Of a stretch of DNA of 64,000 nucleotides, positions 62,401 to 64,000 are shown one piece after another. Every line of letters begins with the position of its first letter. Position 1 is the first letter of the stretch. Below the pieces are notes generated by a model. It did not search any database. It was not told where the DNA came from and saw nothing but the letters and a program-made list of their open reading frames with translations. Position numbers and translations under genes: made by a program. The stretch comes from Neodothiora populina (lineage: Eukaryota), in NCBI RefSeq assembly GCF_041146345.1, contig NW_027191404.1:1860001-1924000 (forward strand). Direction: 5' to 3'.

Positions 62401-64000
62401 CGGGGAGCCCCATCGCATATCCTCGAAATGTAGGGAGTTGGGTACTTTACTCACACGAGCGCACTACCGGCCCTAGCCGATTAGCACATGCAGCAATTCA
62501 CGTTAACATACTAGCAGCCACGTTTTCGACCGTCAAACTCGTGTTTTGCCAATGCAGTACGGTTGGAGCGAGGTTCATATCTAGGAGGACGTGCTATGAT
62601 GCAGCTCGATGGATCCGTACCCGCGAGAGGCTCTCAGAAGAGCAGCAGCGACGTTAGACTGGGCAACCCCACATATTCCCGGTGCGAGAACGAGTGTCGC
62701 TTGGGTTGGGTCGGGAAGGGTTACAACCCAATTGCCGCACAGGCACTTTTCGGTGCGTTCGGAGGGGAGGTGCGTGCTCAGATGGCGCACACGGCCAATA
62801 GTGGCCAAACGGCGTTGTTTCAGACGACGCGGACTGAAAACTGGCTTGGATGGCGTGCATACAAGTACAGGGGGAAGCAGAGGGCAATCCAGAGAACTCG
62901 AGAACGGATAGATATGTAGGATAGTAGCAATCTCGGCAAAATAGTTGTCTCAATTTGTAATATAGAGCAACGCGCAACAGTGGCTAATGAGGCGTCGAGA
63001 GATGTGTCGGACCAGAGAGCACGATCCTCCTGATGGACGAATATCCGTCGATCTCTCTCGTCTGGGTGGAGCAGCGGGAACGGAACGGTACATGTCTTAG
63101 CCTCAAAGGTGGAGAGTACGGAAATGCTCTGCCCCGGTGCTCGACCAGGATGATTGACCACCAAGAAACCTCGGGCCTGACGTTCTTTCCAAAGCCCGTT
63201 GCGCCCAGCCACACGTGTACGCAGGAGAAGATTCCCTGGAGGCACTAAATCTACATTGACTTCAAGATGGTCGGACAGATTTACAGCACAATTGGAACTT
63301 GTTGTAGTTTCGAGATGACGTGGGTCACTCAGCTCAGCTATTTTCAGCCCACAGCATGAGACCGTCCACCCTCGCTCGACGCGGCAGTGAAAGACCGAGT
63401 CGCACATGATCGGGGCTGGCTGGGTTGGACTAGGACAGTCAAGTTCGCGAAGCGCAAGGTAACATATATGCGACATACCTTACTGTAGGTATCACGTACC
63501 ATAACAGTGACATGTGAAGTGTGCAGGGCACAAGGGGAGGGCGCCTGACTCAGACGGCGCCTCGGTTGCAGACAGGGAGAGTACAGTACGTTGCGAGAAC
63601 CTTGCGAGTACCTTGACTAGTGGTGGAGCAGATTCACCAGAATCAGTCATGGCGTCAGCCCACACTCTATCTCAAAGGCGGACCGCAACCTTGCTATTAT
63701 AGCCCCACAACCGGGCGTAGTGGGTGGTCTGGTTGGCTCGTTACCGTTGGCTTGTCCAGGCCCTTGGCTCAGGATACCAAAGTTACCAAAGACTCTCTGA
63801 CATGTACATACTACTAGAACCCGCCCGCCCAATCCTCGCGGCGTTCTAGCTCCTGGTTCTCTTTCTCTTCCACAGTTTTCTTCCTTGGAATAATAGGGTC
63901 AAAGGTCCTTGCTTCGTCGGCTCCTAGTACGCCAGTTGATTCTGTTCTCGTCTGCGGGGAGTATTCTGAGCAGCAAATCTGGAAGGAGAAATATAGAAGA

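Noticed and set aside
62820..63476. 218-aa minus-strand ORF
   Set aside because: No recognisable motif or codon bias, so it cannot be supported as a gene without homology or RNA data.
1..64000. tRNA, rRNA, CRISPR arrays, telomerase template, TPP riboswitch, transposases
   Set aside because: No convincing signatures seen by eye; tRNAscan-SE, Rfam and repeat searches are needed to exclude them.

Overview
Intron-rich genomic DNA from a filamentous ascomycete (Pezizomycotina; the class cannot be fixed from sequence alone). About 20 protein-coding genes are supported: an RNI/LRR-like protein (5'-truncated), DUF4336, Su(z)12, a small double-F-box-like protein, Pga1, alpha-tubulin, a WW/prion-like protein, Ypt1/Rab1, Tad3, Orc5, an aldo-keto reductase, the yhm2-citrate synthase-nrd1 trio, BCAT, an NCS1 permease, an Ayr1-like SDR, a C2H2 TF, Pob3, a Zn2Cys6 TF and an Spt23/Mga2-like TF. 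The ORF track misses a U2 snRNA gene (minus strand, about 37.67-37.86 kb) and a highly structured, SRP-RNA-like candidate (plus strand, about 39.12-39.40 kb). Main observations: (1) a nested twin intron (stwintron, D3,4 type) in ypt1, where removing the inner intron builds the outer GTAAGT donor; (2) a U2 with an atypical Sm site; (3) an Spt23/Mga2 homolog lacking ankyrin repeats and the membrane anchor; (4) a Pob3 start codon split by an intron; (5) a Su(z)12 with a C-terminal PHD finger; (6) a coding-open 448-nt intron with two in-phase donors in the C2H2 gene. The last ~7 kb has no gene I can support. All exon structures were read by eye, not from RNA data.
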